A stretch of DNA of 63,253 nucleotides, filler included, from Octopus bimaculoides (taxonomy: Eukaryota): NCBI RefSeq assembly GCF_001194135.2. It is 6 parts of 6 records of this genome, joined end to end, with 100 filler letters (N's around TTAATTAATTAA, not from the genome) between each part and the next. Parts side by side here need not be neighbours in the genome. Positions count along the whole stretch, not along the records: positions 31,537 to 49,191 come from NC_069000.1; positions 49,292 to 55,019 come from NC_068988.1; 4 more parts are not named here. One strand, given 5' to 3'. The notes below the pieces were generated by a model, which had not been told where the DNA came from, made no database searches, and saw only the letters and a program-made list of their open reading frames with translations. Shown piece after piece: positions 38,771-52,662 of this stretch. Within the stretch, counting starts at the first letter, position 1. The number at the start of each line of letters is the position of its first letter. Position numbers and translations under genes: made by a program.

Positions 38771-38810
38771 CTTCTGCCCGTGCGTCATTTAATAAGTCGC
38801 TGGAGGCCAT
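38771..38810 (-). CDS. Candidate first coding exon MASSDLLNDARAE(phase 1)
   Basis: aacATGG context, open frame, strong donor AAG|gtaagg; short, so a chance match is possible. Confidence 0.25.
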
Positions 38811-38938
38811 GTTCAATGAATCTCACGTGTTTTAGAATTGACAACAGGCAAACTAATATTTTCTATTTTTCTATTTGTTTTATTACATTCAACTTCCTGC
38901 TTTTAAAATTAAATGTAATAGTTCTAGCCGTAACTGCA

Positions 38939-38988
<50 letters not shown>

Positions 38989-39827
38989 ATGTGTGTGTGT
39001 GTGTGTGTTTGTCTGTGTGTGCTTCTGATTGTCTTTGTAAGATTTCTCACTAATAAAAAACAGGCATGTGTCGAAACAAGAAACAAGGCTCATTCGTACG
39101 AAATTAGTTGACATCAGTTTGGTATTTATATGTGTATTTACTTATGTCTATTCTACACACAGTTAGCCGAGTGGGTTGTGAATACACTGCCGTACACACC
39201 AGTGGCTAACTCATATGCGTTAGAATCTGTCGGAATATATAGAGAATAAATAGACAAGTCATCGTTACAGATCTCAATATACACAGTGCAAATAACGATT
39301 TTTATCGGTTGGCAGATATCAGCAATGATCGGCAAACAACTTGTTCGCTGAAATTATAAACAAATCCACTCAATTAACACTCACAACGCCCGTTCTGGGA
39401 ATCGAAACTGCGACCCTACGACCGCGAGTCCGCTGCCCTAACCACTAGACCATTGCGCCTAAACACTGAAACTCTATACTAACAAAACAACGTAATGCAG
39501 AGACAGTATGTCATTCGGAAATCTTCAAGCGATCCTGCATCCGGGTTACACTCGTTTTTCTCACACCAAAAGTTTCTCCCAGAATGCATCTTAATTTCAA
39601 ATCTAAGAGCGAGCCTCTGTGATTTACTTTTTCCTTTCGACTGAAACTTTGATTTTTCTTTTTTTTGCCCCTCCCCTCATCTGACTGATTTCTTTGCAAA
39701 CAAATTTTAATTCATGACCAATTCGTATCCAAACATTTCTATTTTTACTGTCACCAAACATTTTTCTCAAACTTCGTTGCTGGGAGATGGAGTTATTTAT
39801 TGGAATTTCAGGATTATTGACACAAAG

Positions 39828-39879
<52 letters not shown>

Positions 39880-40335
39880 CAGAAGTGGCAGCAGCAGTAA
39901 CGGCAGCAGAAACCGCAGTAGTAGTAGTAGTAGTAGTNNNNNNNNNNNNNNNNNNNNNNNNNNNNNNNNNNNNNNNNNNNNNNNNNNNNNNNNNNNNNNN
40001 NNNNNNNNNNNNNNNNNNNNNNNNNNNNNNNNNNNNNNNNNNNNNNNNNNNNNNNNNNNNNNNNNNNNNNNNNNNNNNNNNNNNNNNNNNNNNNNNNNNN
40101 NNNNNNNNNNNNNNNNNNNNNNNNNNNNNNNNNNNNNNNNNNNNNNNNNNNNNNNNNNNNNNNNNNNNNNNNNNNNNNNNNNNNNNNNNNNNNNNNNNNN
40201 NNNNNNNNNNNNNNNNNNNNNNNNNNNNNNNNNNNNNNNNNNNNNNNNNNNNNNNNNNNNNNNNNNNNNNNNNNNNNNNNNNNNNNNNNNNNNNNNNNNN
40301 NNNNNNNNNNNNNNNNNNNNNNNNNNNNNNNNNNN

Positions 40336-40382
<47 letters not shown>

Positions 40383-40895
40383 GTATGTATGTACGTGTGT
40401 ATATATGTATGTGTGTCATTCTATACTACTGTCTCAGCAATATCACTAGGAAATTTTATTTCTACTTTTCCGCCATGTTTATGAGACATTGCTTGCAACA
40501 ACGGATCACGGTCTTACATCAAACGTTCGCAGTCTTGTATACTTTCTATTATATTGCTTGTGTGTGTGTGTGTGTGTGTGTGTGTGGTTTTATTTAGGTC
40601 TGTTGCTGTTGTTATAGTTTTTGCTTGTTATATTTATGGCGGTTGTTGTGTTTGTATTTCTTATTTGTGTTATTGTTGTTCCTATGTTGAGATGTTGTTT
40701 TCCCGTTGTTTTTCTTTTTGACAAATATTTTCAAATATTTTTTTCAAATATTTCTTTTTTTTTTTCTTCTTTTCCAAATATTTTTCAATGCAAATAAATA
40801 TATAATCTAAAGCAGAAAGGCGAATTACACGAACTCATAAAAAAAAAAGCGTTCACACTCACACACACACACATACATGCATACAAGCATACACA

Positions 40896-40927
<32 letters not shown>

Positions 40928-41164
40928 TCGTACACACACGCACATGTATGAATGTATTTGTGGTTATGTGTGTGTGTTTCTGCAAGCATGCGATCCGATA
41001 TCCTTAGGCGACTGCGAACATATACGCAACGTTATACAAACACATACAGACTTATATACAGCATACATACACAAACACATGCACGCATGCCATACACACA
41101 CACACACACACACATGCTTCCCCGCTTTGAATCACTCTCTCTCTTATTTCTCTCTCTTTCTCTT

Positions 41165-41282
<118 letters not shown>

Positions 41283-42136
41283 CACACACGAGTATGTATT
41301 ATTTAGCCTCGTAAATATTTATAAATAAATTAATATATTTACTTATATAAATGCAAACATGTATGCCTATATATGTGTATGAAAAGAAATGTATGCATTT
41401 AAATATGTATATAAATATATAGATATGTATGTATATATATATATACCATGCATTTATACACGCACGCACATATAGCAATATATTTATATGCTTATATACT
41501 TAAAACGTATTGTATATACTCACATATAATATCATACATACATATATATAGATACATGCAAGCACATTAATAAACAGATGTATTGAAAAATCCTTTGGTA
41601 ATCTTATCAAAAATAAATCATGTTATAAAAACCACTTCTCTCTCTCTCCCACCCGCACCACCACGCTCACAACAGCATGTCTCACATTAAACTCCGCTTT
41701 ATATATACACAAGCTCATCTCTATACACATCAACATACTTTATCTATGCACACCATCTATCTCCTCAAATATTGATGTATATTCATACATATATATATTT
41801 ACACATATATATGTATATACTTATATATATATGTGTATGTGTATACGTAGATATGTATTCACATACATATATGAAAATATATCTATATATATATATATAC
41901 TTATTTATTTACATATATATATACATGCATGTATGCATGTAGGACTATTCGTATATATGCATACATATATACACATGGATATATGTACCCGCACACATAT
42001 ATCTCTCTATATATACATATATACATACATACATATACATCCGTGTGTGTATATACATACACATATATATATATGCATATATTTACGTACATAGATGCAT
42101 ACAAAGATACATACATATGCGCGCGCACGCACACGC

Positions 42137-42185
<49 letters not shown>

Positions 42186-42479
42186 TATATGAAAATATGT
42201 ATGCATGTATTAGGCAACGAGCACAAAAGAAGACAACGCGGGAGGGACAAGTTTTATCAAACGTATTTGTTTAACGCTTAAAAATAAAGAAAAGAGTCTT
42301 GGGATATGTATATATATGTTTGCATTTATATAGAAAGGTATTTTATAAATATATAGACATATCATTCGGAGGGAACGTTTTCAATACTTACGGTAAGATA
42401 AGCATTAATTTTTACATTTTGTCTTCTTCTTTACAGATTACTTGATACCATTGTGGTTAAATTCGTATCGATTTTACCC

Positions 42480-43340
42480 ATTTAAAATTAGATTAGATCA
42501 GTTACATATCAGACACTGCATGCTGTATGAATTCTGAAAGTGTTCAGCAATGGAAGTGTTAAGAAATATTTTGTTCTATCTATGGGAATTAAGCTTTAAG
42601 TGTCTGGACATACCAACAATGTTTTGGTCAGTTTTTGCACGGGAAATGTTTTTCTCACAGATTCCCCTCGATCTGGACGACCAAGTTCAGTTAATTTTGA
42701 GCTTCTGAAAATGTGGTTGAAGAAAATCCAAAACAAACCGTACGAAAATTAGAAAAGCAGTTCAGTCCAAGTCGCATCTTGACCATAAAACATCTTTACG
42801 AGCCACGAAAAGTATTTAAATTAGTCAGTGGGTCTATCATTGTATGAATGTTTTCTCAGTTTAATCAAAGAGTTTCCCTCTGCTCGTCATTAAATAGCAG
42901 GCTTGCTATTGAACATTTCTGAGGTAGAACCATCTCGAGTGAGGAAAGGTACACTATAATCATATTCAACAAAAACAACAATGGTTGACGTTCAATCAAA
43001 TAGGTAAAATCTACCTCCAAACCAAGACTCCACTCGAAAAATGTTATATTCTGTGTTTGGGCGGGATATGACGGGTGTCGTCTGCAACATAGAGTCAAAC
43101 CAACGCAAAACAGCTAATGTGAGGAAGTATTGCGATCAATTCGAAGTTTTACACAAATATTTACGGAAAAAAAAAACGCCCATCATTGGTCAATCGTAAT
43201 GGTATGTTGATCTTACACAATAATGCAAAGCCACATATCGCCCAAGTCATACAGAAAAAGATTTTTGTTGTAAATAACTCTTGATGTTGCGCCATTTGAC
43301 AATCATCTTTTCAGACCTTTACAATGAGTAATTCCTGGGA
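42480..43340 (+). pseudogene. Mariner (D,D34D; Hsmar/SETMAR-like) transposase pseudogene
   Basis: Fragments DSPRSGRPSSV (42660), KPRLHSKNVIFCVW (43020), RPSLVNRNGMLILHNNAKPHIAQ (about 43180-43250) and DVAPFDNHLFRPLQ (about 43284-43323) match canonical mariner motifs; many stops and frameshifts. Confidence 0.9.
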
Positions 43341-43371
43341 TCCATTTCTTCGACTATAATCCGTTAAGTGG

Positions 43372-43414
<43 letters not shown>

Positions 43415-43544
43415 NNNNNNNNNNNNNNNNNNNNNNNNNNNNNNNNNNNNNNNNNNNNNNNNNNAAAATACAAGAACAAAACCAAAAGTCAGTTTGACAT
43501 CACAGTGAATACATTCGATTGACGTTCAGTGAAAGATTTAAATG

Positions 43545-43620
43545 GAAAAAAATAAGAGCGGAAATGACGTTTCGAGCTTGGTTCTTCGTCGGAAAGAGAA
43601 AAAAGTCGAGAGAGGAAGAA
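43545..43620 (-). mobile_element. Penelope-like terminal fragment with a CCGACGA-type hammerhead-like motif (43563-43592)
   Basis: Minus strand reads ccgacga-a-gaac-caa-gctc-gaaac-gtc. Confidence 0.45.
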
Positions 43621-44198
43621 AAGGCAGAAGATGCAAATACATCACTTTCATGCAGTTTGATTTTTGTTTTCTAGACACTGCACATAGTTGACTCCATTAC
43701 AACATTACCTAATATGACTGTCTGTGGAGCCAAACGGTGATGATATGCAGACGACATACGTGCTGCTATTTCTAGCAAATGAGGCAACTATTGCTTGGAA
43801 GCGCCCTCTATAACTTCCTACTCTCTTATATATTGTCATGCCGTGTGTTGCAAAATATTCACCCGATTTTCTCGTTCCATTTCAAGGGAATTTATTCCTA
43901 ACTGTATTTTGCAATCACAGTTCAATAATTAAAAGGATAAAATATTCATTGATTGGTTATTGATTATGTGACTCGGGGATTTTGTTCATTATTGATTTTT
44001 CTCATCAATTCAGTATCATATCGACTGGTCAAATTTTTCTGTAATTCCTTTAGACTATTTTATTGTCGTTGCTGTTGTTGTTGTTGTTGTTGTTATTCTC
44101 GTGACTCTTTTTGTTGTTGCTTTGTTATTGTTATTCCTGCTGCTGCTGCTACTCCTGTTGTTATTGTTGTCGTTGTTGTTGATTTGTAGTCACAGCTT

Positions 44199-44423
44199 AG
44201 CAATATTATTTTTTCTGTTCTAGGCAAAAGGCCCGAAATTTTGGGGAAAGGGGCCAGTCGATTGGATCGACCCCAATACGCAACTGGTACTTAATTTATC
44301 GACACCGAAAGGATGAAAGGCAAAATCGACCTCGGCGAAATTTGAACTCAGAACGTAAAGACAGACGAAATACCGTTAAGCATTTCACCCGGCGTGCTAA
44401 TGATTCTGCCAGCTCGCCGCCTT
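44199..44423 (-). mobile_element. SINE family A, full length, with a decayed TSD of about 16 bp
   Basis: Complete head-to-tail match; flanks are cagcttagcaatatta and cagattaccaatatta. Confidence 0.9.
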
Positions 44424-44748
44424 ACAGATTACCAATATTAGCGCAGAACTATAATCAAAAGACACCCCACCTATCATAATCTCGCCATTTATTCAAGCAG
44501 AGTATTTAGAACGGACTTCATTTTCCGATGTGTCCTGCCCTTTTTAAAAGACAATAAAAAGTGGACCAAGACAGCTATGAACTGTTGTTTCTCGCAGACC
44601 GTGGGACTGTATAGAGGCGTTTTGGTTAGAATATGAGGCTCCTCTCAATCTGCTATTGTTCTTTGAACCCCAAATAAGGTCCTGTCGAGGACACCTCTAA
44701 CCAAAATCTATTCCAGTCAAACCATCATATGTTATTAGAAAGTACCTA

Positions 44749-44854
44749 AAGGCGGTGAGCTGGCAGAATGGTTAGCACGCCGAGAAAAATGCTTAGCGGC
44801 ATTTTGCCTATCTTAACGTTCTGAGTTCAAATTCCGCCGCGGTCGACTTTGCCT
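44749..44854 (+). mobile_element. SINE family A head
   Basis: aaggcggtgagctggcagaatggttagcacgcc...gtcgactttgcct. Confidence 0.9.
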
Positions 44855-45659
44855 CGTAGCTTTGAGATTTTAATGATGTGAATGTGTATTTTTAGAATGA
44901 CATTGTAGGGTAGGTGTAAGAAGTCAGATCTGGTCGGATTTAGCATTAAAGAGGAAGAATATTTTGACTGGATATGGCTAGTTTAAATTGCAAATGGGTC
45001 AAAATAAGGAACTTGCATCATATAAGCAGGGGTGGTCTCAGGCGAGTTGATATCAAAAGGGTCAATACGCCTACCCCTTTTCTTATGATAGTCGGTGCAA
45101 TTTCAATAAATTTTACTGCTATTTCCAGCAGATCTGCTCATGTAGCTAATGTTTCTGTTGGAGTAAAAACAACAACACAATGCGTTTAGCCTTGTTTATA
45201 AAGTCTTAGACTTCAAGGTTTTTTCTAAATGTTCAAATTTTGTTGCGTTTCATTCAAAGATAATGCTTTAGATATAAAATAAAAATCGATATATTTATGG
45301 GCCTAAAACGCTGTAGACAGACATTTTAACAGATAAGGCGGTTTAATTGCTATTCTTCGTTCATAAAATGTTGCTATACATCGTAAAATTTATTCGAAAG
45401 AGAGTTAGAATGGCATCAAAAGTCGTTTTAAAAAACTTAAAAACACGTAAAAATGGACGTAAAAACACGTGCAATTTACATAAAAATATGTAAAAAAAAA
45501 AAAAAACAAGTGATGTATTTCTTCCTAAATGATGTATTTCCTCCAATCTATTCTGATCTAGCAAAAATATAGTCAAAGCCTTTCCAGTCGCGACCACCCT
45601 ACCACTTGCCTGCTTCGCACGCGTTGTAGAAAAGAACTAAGTGCAACAGTGTACATATT

Positions 45660-45810
45660 CTTTCATTCTTATATTCTTTTATTTGTTTCAGTCATTTGAC
45701 TGCGGCCATGCTGGAGCACCGCCTTTAGTCGAGCAAATCGATCCCAGTACTTATTCTTTGTAAGCCCAGGACTTGTTCTATCGGTGTTTTTTGCCGAACC
45801 GCTAAATGAC
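45660..45810 (-). mobile_element. SINE family B tail
   Basis: tttgtttcagtcatttgactgcggccatgctggagcaccgcc. Confidence 0.85.
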
Positions 45811-45912
45811 ATGTGGTCATGCAACGTCTTATAGCCTCAATGGCGCAATTTATATCTATATTAGTATGAATATGAATATATATATATGTATCTATCTATC
45901 TATCTATCTATC

Positions 45913-45943
<31 letters not shown>

Positions 45944-46029
45944 TTATTTATTTATTTATGTGTTTCAGCCAAGTGGCTGCGGTCATGATATATATATATA
46001 TACACTCTGTCCTTCTTTAAATTCAATAA

Positions 46030-46245
46030 TTCTATGGGAACAAGGAGATTTGAAATTCAGGAAAGGCGGCTGGACGTTTACAGCGACGACATCTTCGACT
46101 TGTACTTAATTCATTGACCTCCGAAGAGGATGAAAAGTGAAATCGACCTCGGTGAAATTTGAAATGAGAACGTAAAAAGTCGGAAGATATTCTGCTAAGC
46201 ATGTTGTCCGATACGCTAACGACTGTGCCAGTTCACCGTATTTTA
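46030..46245 (-). mobile_element. Decayed SINE family A
   Basis: gaggatgaaaagtgaaatcgacctcggtgaaatttgaaatgagaacg; flanking taaattcaat may be a TSD. Confidence 0.75.
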
Positions 46246-46936
46246 TAAATTCAATTATACATTTTTAGAACAATTGCTGTAAAACATATATTAGAATATG
46301 TGGTTTTGATTGCGCTTGAACCTTACTCTGTATCTGCTTCAAAATGAATAAAAAATTATACTGCTCCGATGACCACTGATACTAATAATTTTGCTTCAAA
46401 ACGTTTCCCTATATTTTTATTTATGTATTCAATCATTATTTACTCCATATCCTGTTTTTTTGTTGTTTTTTTTTAGTTTTTGGCGGATGAGACGATGTAG
46501 ATTTTGGAGGATTTTAAAAAAATTTTCTTCTACATTTTTAGTTGTTAATCACGTCCTTTATTTTTATCTTTCATTATTCAAGAGAGCAAACCGTACATCA
46601 ACTCGCTATTGAGAATATTCTCAATCAAGTTCAAGTTACAAATAACACGAATCACTAACAAACGATATTATGATGTTCTTTTTTTGTTCCTGTCATGTTT
46701 TTGTCATGTTTTTGTCATGTTTTTGTGCTTTTACGTTCGATTTCTTTGGCGTTTATGCATGTTATTTTTNNNNNNNNNNNNNNNNNNNNNNNNNNNNNNN
46801 NNNNNNNNNNNNNNNNNNNNNNNNNNNNNNNNNNNNNNNNNNNNNNNNNNNNNNNNNNNNNNNNNNNNNNNNNNNNNNNNNNNNNNNNNNNNNNNNNNNN
46901 NNNNNNNNNNNNNNNNNNNNNNNNNNNNTATATATA

Positions 46937-46969
<33 letters not shown>

Positions 46970-47044
46970 ATATATTTGTATGTATGTGTATATATATGTA
47001 TACACATACAGACGAACAGACAGAGAGCTATCTACCTAACGATC

Positions 47045-47090
<46 letters not shown>

Positions 47091-47498
47091 CTTTATTTGT
47101 ACTTGAGATGAAGATTTTGCGAGAATTTCTTGACTTTTACTGTTTTGCCAAGAGATTTCAATTTCGGAAGAACGTGAGTTGGTTCAAATGTTCGGAGAGA
47201 TTGTGAAGGCGGATTGGAATGGCAAGGACGGGGGGAGGGGGGAGATTAGACGGACTAAATCAATTGTTTGCTAGCGATGGCAGTCGTTACAAATCACTCA
47301 TTCATAAACACAAACACAAACATATAAACATGTATACATTTATATACATACATGCACACACACAAATCAATATACATACATAGATATATCTGTATGTGTA
47401 TATATATATGTGTGTGTCTGTTTCTGTACTTATAAATAAATTCGATGCACATGCACAAACACGCACTATATATACTATATATATGTACACATGTATGT

Positions 47499-47560
<62 letters not shown>

Positions 47561-48423
47561 CTCGATACATATTGTATGAGTATATATATGTATATACATA
47601 CATATACATGCATATATGTATGTAAGTGTATGTATATTTATATATATATACATATATACATATACAACATATATTTATATATACAGATGCGTATATATAT
47701 ATATATATACACGCATACAAGCACGGAGCAAAACGTGTTCGTTTTTTAATAGGACCGGTGTTTTTTTCTGTATTACAAGGGGAAGCCCCGGATGGAATTG
47801 TTTAGTTGTTTTCGTTTCTCTTCCAATCAATATAAAGGTTACAACCTCAAATTCTAAATCATACACAAACAGTTGATAGGTTTCTTGACCTTGTTTCAAC
47901 GCGAAACACACACGGAAAAATACGTACATATGCATATATATCTACATACACACACACAAAGAAAAAACACTAGTGTAATAATAATATGTGACTGTATATA
48001 TATAAACATTTAGATACAAATATGTATATACATATATACATATATATACTTGTATACATATACATATATATGTATATATATATATGAATAGAAATACACA
48101 TATATATATGCATATATATATACATATATATACACACACACATATATATGTATGTATATACAGACAGACAGACAAACGTATATTGTTCCCTTTGTATTTC
48201 TCAGTATTTTTATTTGCATGTTTTCGTGTTGTGTGTATTTGTGAATGAATATAAATATTTATATCTATATATACATATATATGTATATATATATGAATAT
48301 AAATACACATATATATACATGTATATACACAAACACACATATATATATAAACAGACCTCTAGACATATGCACAAATATAGCAATAAAGATATCTACGTGC
48401 ATGTATAAACATACACATATAAA

Positions 48424-48468
48424 TAAACAGACAGACAGACAGACAGACATACAGACAGACAGACAGTC

Positions 48469-48525
<57 letters not shown>

Positions 48526-48598
48526 CGTTTATGTATATGTAGATATAGAAGCATGCACAGAGGGGAAGTTAGATAGGAAATGAGAAATGAAAACGAAG

Positions 48599-48649
<51 letters not shown>

Positions 48650-48685
48650 AAAAAATAAAGAAGGAAAGAAAGAAGGAAAGAAAGT
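48424..48685. repeat. (GACA)n/(GATA)n and (GAAA)n microsatellites
   Basis: Direct reading. Confidence 0.95.
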
Positions 48686-49295
48686 CAGACGTGGAGATCG
48701 GCAGTGACCTCCTACCCACACATGCCAAAGCAAAACAATAAATAACAAATAATTAGAATAGTAAAAACAAGTGATAAATAAATTTGTCGATCGAAAGTCA
48801 AAATGAAGAAGTCGAATGTAATATCATTTCTGATTTACATATATTATGTCTCAAATTTAATATATATGACAGTAACTAAATTGAGTTTCCGACCTCTTCA
48901 ACGTCAGGCACACACACACCTCATTCCGGCTTCAACTCAGTTTATCTACATATAAATAGACACATGTAGAGGTGTATGAGACTCTTACAAGTATGTGTAC
49001 AAGTTTAAATACCGAGAAAGACGACATGAACATGTAGGAAGATGTATATATATATATGTCAGTTGGTCATTTATACGTATGTATAGATGGATGTATGTGT
49101 TTATAGAGATAATACATATATATGTCTGTATATATAGATATGCATATGCATCTATTTATGGATATTTATATATGTATGTATATATATATTTNNNNNNNNN
49201 NNNNNNNNNNNNNNNNNNNNNNNNNNNNNNNNNNNTTAATTAATTAANNNNNNNNNNNNNNNNNNNNNNNNNNNNNNNNNNNNNNNNNNNNATAT

Positions 49296-49335
<40 letters not shown>

Positions 49336-50084
49336 ATTTGGAAGATTACTATGGATCCCTAGCTCTGAGTTCCTTTTCCTCTAATATATATACATATATA
49401 CACACACACATATATATATATGCACATCAGAAGGCTAACTAGAGAAATAGGTTTAAGGACAAGAGAGTGTAGTGAGTTCATTAAAAGGTCAACAGCATTG
49501 ATCAATCCTTAAAAGATAAGTAATCTTAAACATAAGCTGAGAGATTTATATATACACACAGACATATGTATGTATGTGTGTATATATGTATGTGTGTATA
49601 TATGTATGTATGTGTATATATATTAATGCAAACAATATGGTTGATAGTTGGGATTGCATTGTTGAGAATTTATGTTTAAACAGGATATTTTTGTCATGGT
49701 CGAGAACTAGAAATTATATGTGAATGTATGAGGTGTGTGTGTGTGTGTGTTTTCATGTAAACATGTTTGTGTGCATGTATAAGAGAATTTATGACTGTGT
49801 CTAAACATTCGGTGATGTTACCTCTTAATGAGTTTAATAATTAACTTCTTGTCTCATTAACAAAAAATTGCTGCATTTAATGAAACACGAAATTGAAAAC
49901 AACCGACTCAATCACATGCAGGTACCCTTTCACACATGCATACAACAACATACATACACACACACATCTATAACTAGATGTACATACACAGTAGAGCTCC
50001 CCAGTTCTGAGTAGCTGTGCTTCTTTGTGCGACACCAGCATTAGTGAGGTTGCTTTGTAACTTGCAGGACCAAGATCTCATCCA

Positions 50085-50400
50085 AACTGAGTGATCTTGG
50101 TTTTGCAAGAAAAATAGTGACCTCACTAGTGTTGGTGCCACAAGCAACAACAGCAACAACAACAACAACAAAAACACCCAATTCATGCTGTGATGTGGTT
50201 AGCATTACTAAAAGAGTGTCTGGCTGTAGAAACCCTGCCGAAGCAGACACTGGAACATGATGCAATCTTTGGACTCAATAAGATTCTTTGAAAACCATCC
50301 AACTCATACCATCAATCCCACCATGGAACATGGACATTAAATGATAATGATGATGATGATAACGATGATGATGATGACGATGACGATGACAAAGATGATG
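50085..50400 (+). mobile_element. Interspersed repeat ending in a (GAT)n tail (SINE/LINE tail); related copy at 52745-52920
   Basis: ctgtagaaaccctgcc...accatggaacatggacattaaatgataatgatgat and gcatccaactacagaagatctgcc...gcatagaaaagtggaagttaaaacaacgatgatg. Confidence 0.6.
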
Positions 50401-51089
50401 AATTCAAATTGTACAATAAGTATTTCCCGAAAGACAGAGCAGTGACTTTTGGAGTCTATAATCGTCTTTTGCGAAGTCACATTGGCTTCATTGGAACCAT
50501 GGAACTTTGGAGACCAAATACCAATACGTAGTAGTAGTAGTAGTAGTTGTAATGGAATCCCAGTCTGTCTCTGGGACCATTTCTAGCAGACATAGTACCA
50601 TTCCATGCATGAGATACTTAAGCACCTTTGAAGATATATGGGGAATCATAACTCTCAGATTATTCAATGCTATGACACAAAGATTCATCGCAGATACTTC
50701 CATACCAAGCATCTGTCTATCTTGTCTTATAATTCCTTGCAAGACTTATTCTTTGTAAGTCTAGTACTTATTCTATCCATCTCTTTTGCCAAACCGCTAA
50801 GTTACAAGGACGTAAACACAGTAACATCAGTTGTGTATCCTGGGTATTTTTAGATCTTGATGAGCCTGTCCCTATTCAAGTTGAATCAGAATCAATTTCT
50901 TCCAGGAACAGACACCATTTGAGAGAAAGGAGAACCAACACTACCATAGAAATGGCACGTTATCAATCTTGAATGGAGGAAAGACAGGGTTAACCTTGGT
51001 GGGAATTGAACCCAGAATGCAAGAAGCTGGAATGAGTCTCACAAAGCAATCTATGCAGCACTCTGACTCAACTGCCAACTGGCCTGTAT

Positions 51090-51470
51090 TTCGAAAAGAA
51101 GCTTGCTTCCTGGCTACATGGTTCTGGGTTCAGTCCCACTGCATGGTACCCTGGGTAAGTGTCTTTTACTGTGGCCCCGGGCCGACCAAGACCTTGTGAG
51201 TTTGGTAGACAGAAACTGAATCAAGGCCCTCATGTATATATGTGTGTGTGTGTGTGTGTGTGTATTTTTGTTTGAGTTTGTCCTCCACTACTGCTTGACA
51301 ACAGGTGATGGTTTCTTTAAGCCTCTGAAACTTAGTAGTTTGGCAAAAAGAGACTGATAGAGTAAGGACCATATGTTCTAAAAAAAAAGTACTTGAGTCA
51401 GTTTGTTTGACTAAGCCCTTCAAGGAGGTGCCCCAGCATGGCCACAGTCCAATGACTGATACCACACACA
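51090..51470 (+). mobile_element. SINE family B, decayed near-full-length copy
   Basis: acatggttctgggttcagtcccactgc...ccccagcatggccacagtccaatgactga. Confidence 0.8.
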
Positions 51471-52486
51471 CATGCACACATATATACATATGTACATACA
51501 TAGACATATATGAATTCACACACACACACGCACACACACACACATACGCACACACACACATATAGAGAGACAGACACACAGGTAAGTGGAAAAATAAACA
51601 ATAACACTAGGCCTGAGGGGAAAGTACCTCTGATGGAGAGATAAAGAAATCAATAAGATAGGAAGATAAACCAACAAATACAAAAATAAATAGAGAGAGA
51701 GAGAGATAGACAGTTAACAAGTAAACTAGTCTCGAGAGATATGAATTATTGTTCCGGCTTTTAAGATGTCAGTAAACGGGGGAATTCACCTTTAATAACA
51801 ATCTATGGAAGTTATTGATTAGATTTAAAAATTTTTTTATTCTACTTTTTGGTATGTGTGTGGGGAGGGGTTCGTTTAGAACATCAAAAAAGAAAAATGT
51901 AAAACAAAACAAAAAAACAAAGTCACAAGACATTTGAAAATGTTTCCTAGCAAACATTTTTCGCTATTATTTATAATAAGTATAATAGCAGAGTTTCGGT
52001 AAACCGAAGTCGCTCATTCTTCTCGCTGGTGTTAATTATGCAACACAACTTTGCAATGAAGAATATAAGAGACCGTTTCGTTACTTTTTCTTCTTTTGTC
52101 TTCTTTGNNNNNNNNNNNNNNNNNNNNNNNNNNNNNNNNNNNNNNNNNNNNNNNNNNNNNNNNNNNNNNNNNNNNNNNNNNNNNNNNNNNNNNNNNNNNN
52201 NNNNNNNNNNNNNNNNNNNNNNNNNNNNNNNNNNNNNNNNNNNNNNNNNNNNNNNNNNNNNNNNNNNNNNNNNNNNNNNNNNNNNNNNNNNNNNNNNNNN
52301 NNNNNNNNNNNNNNNNNNNNNNNNNNNNNNNNNNNNNNNNNNNNNNNNNNNNNNNNNNNNNNNNNNNNNNNNNNNNNNNNNNNNNNNNNNNNNNNNNNNN
52401 NNNNNNNNNNNNNNNNNNNNNNNNNNNNNNNNNNNNNNNNNNNNNNNNNNNNNNNNNNNNNNNNNNNNNNNNNNNNNNNNNNNNNC

Positions 52487-52603
52487 GATAGAATAAGTAT
52501 TAGGCTTACAAAGAATAAGTCCTGGGGTCAATTTGCTCGACTAAAGGCGGTGCTCCAGCATGGCCGCAGTCAAATGACTGAAACAAGTAAAAGAGTAAAG
52601 AGA

Positions 52604-52612
<9 letters not shown>
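52487..52612 (+). mobile_element. SINE family B tail
   Basis: gatagaataagtattaggcttacaaagaataagtcctggggtc...gactgaaacaagtaaaagagtaaagagagta. Confidence 0.9.
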
Positions 52613-52662
<50 letters not shown>

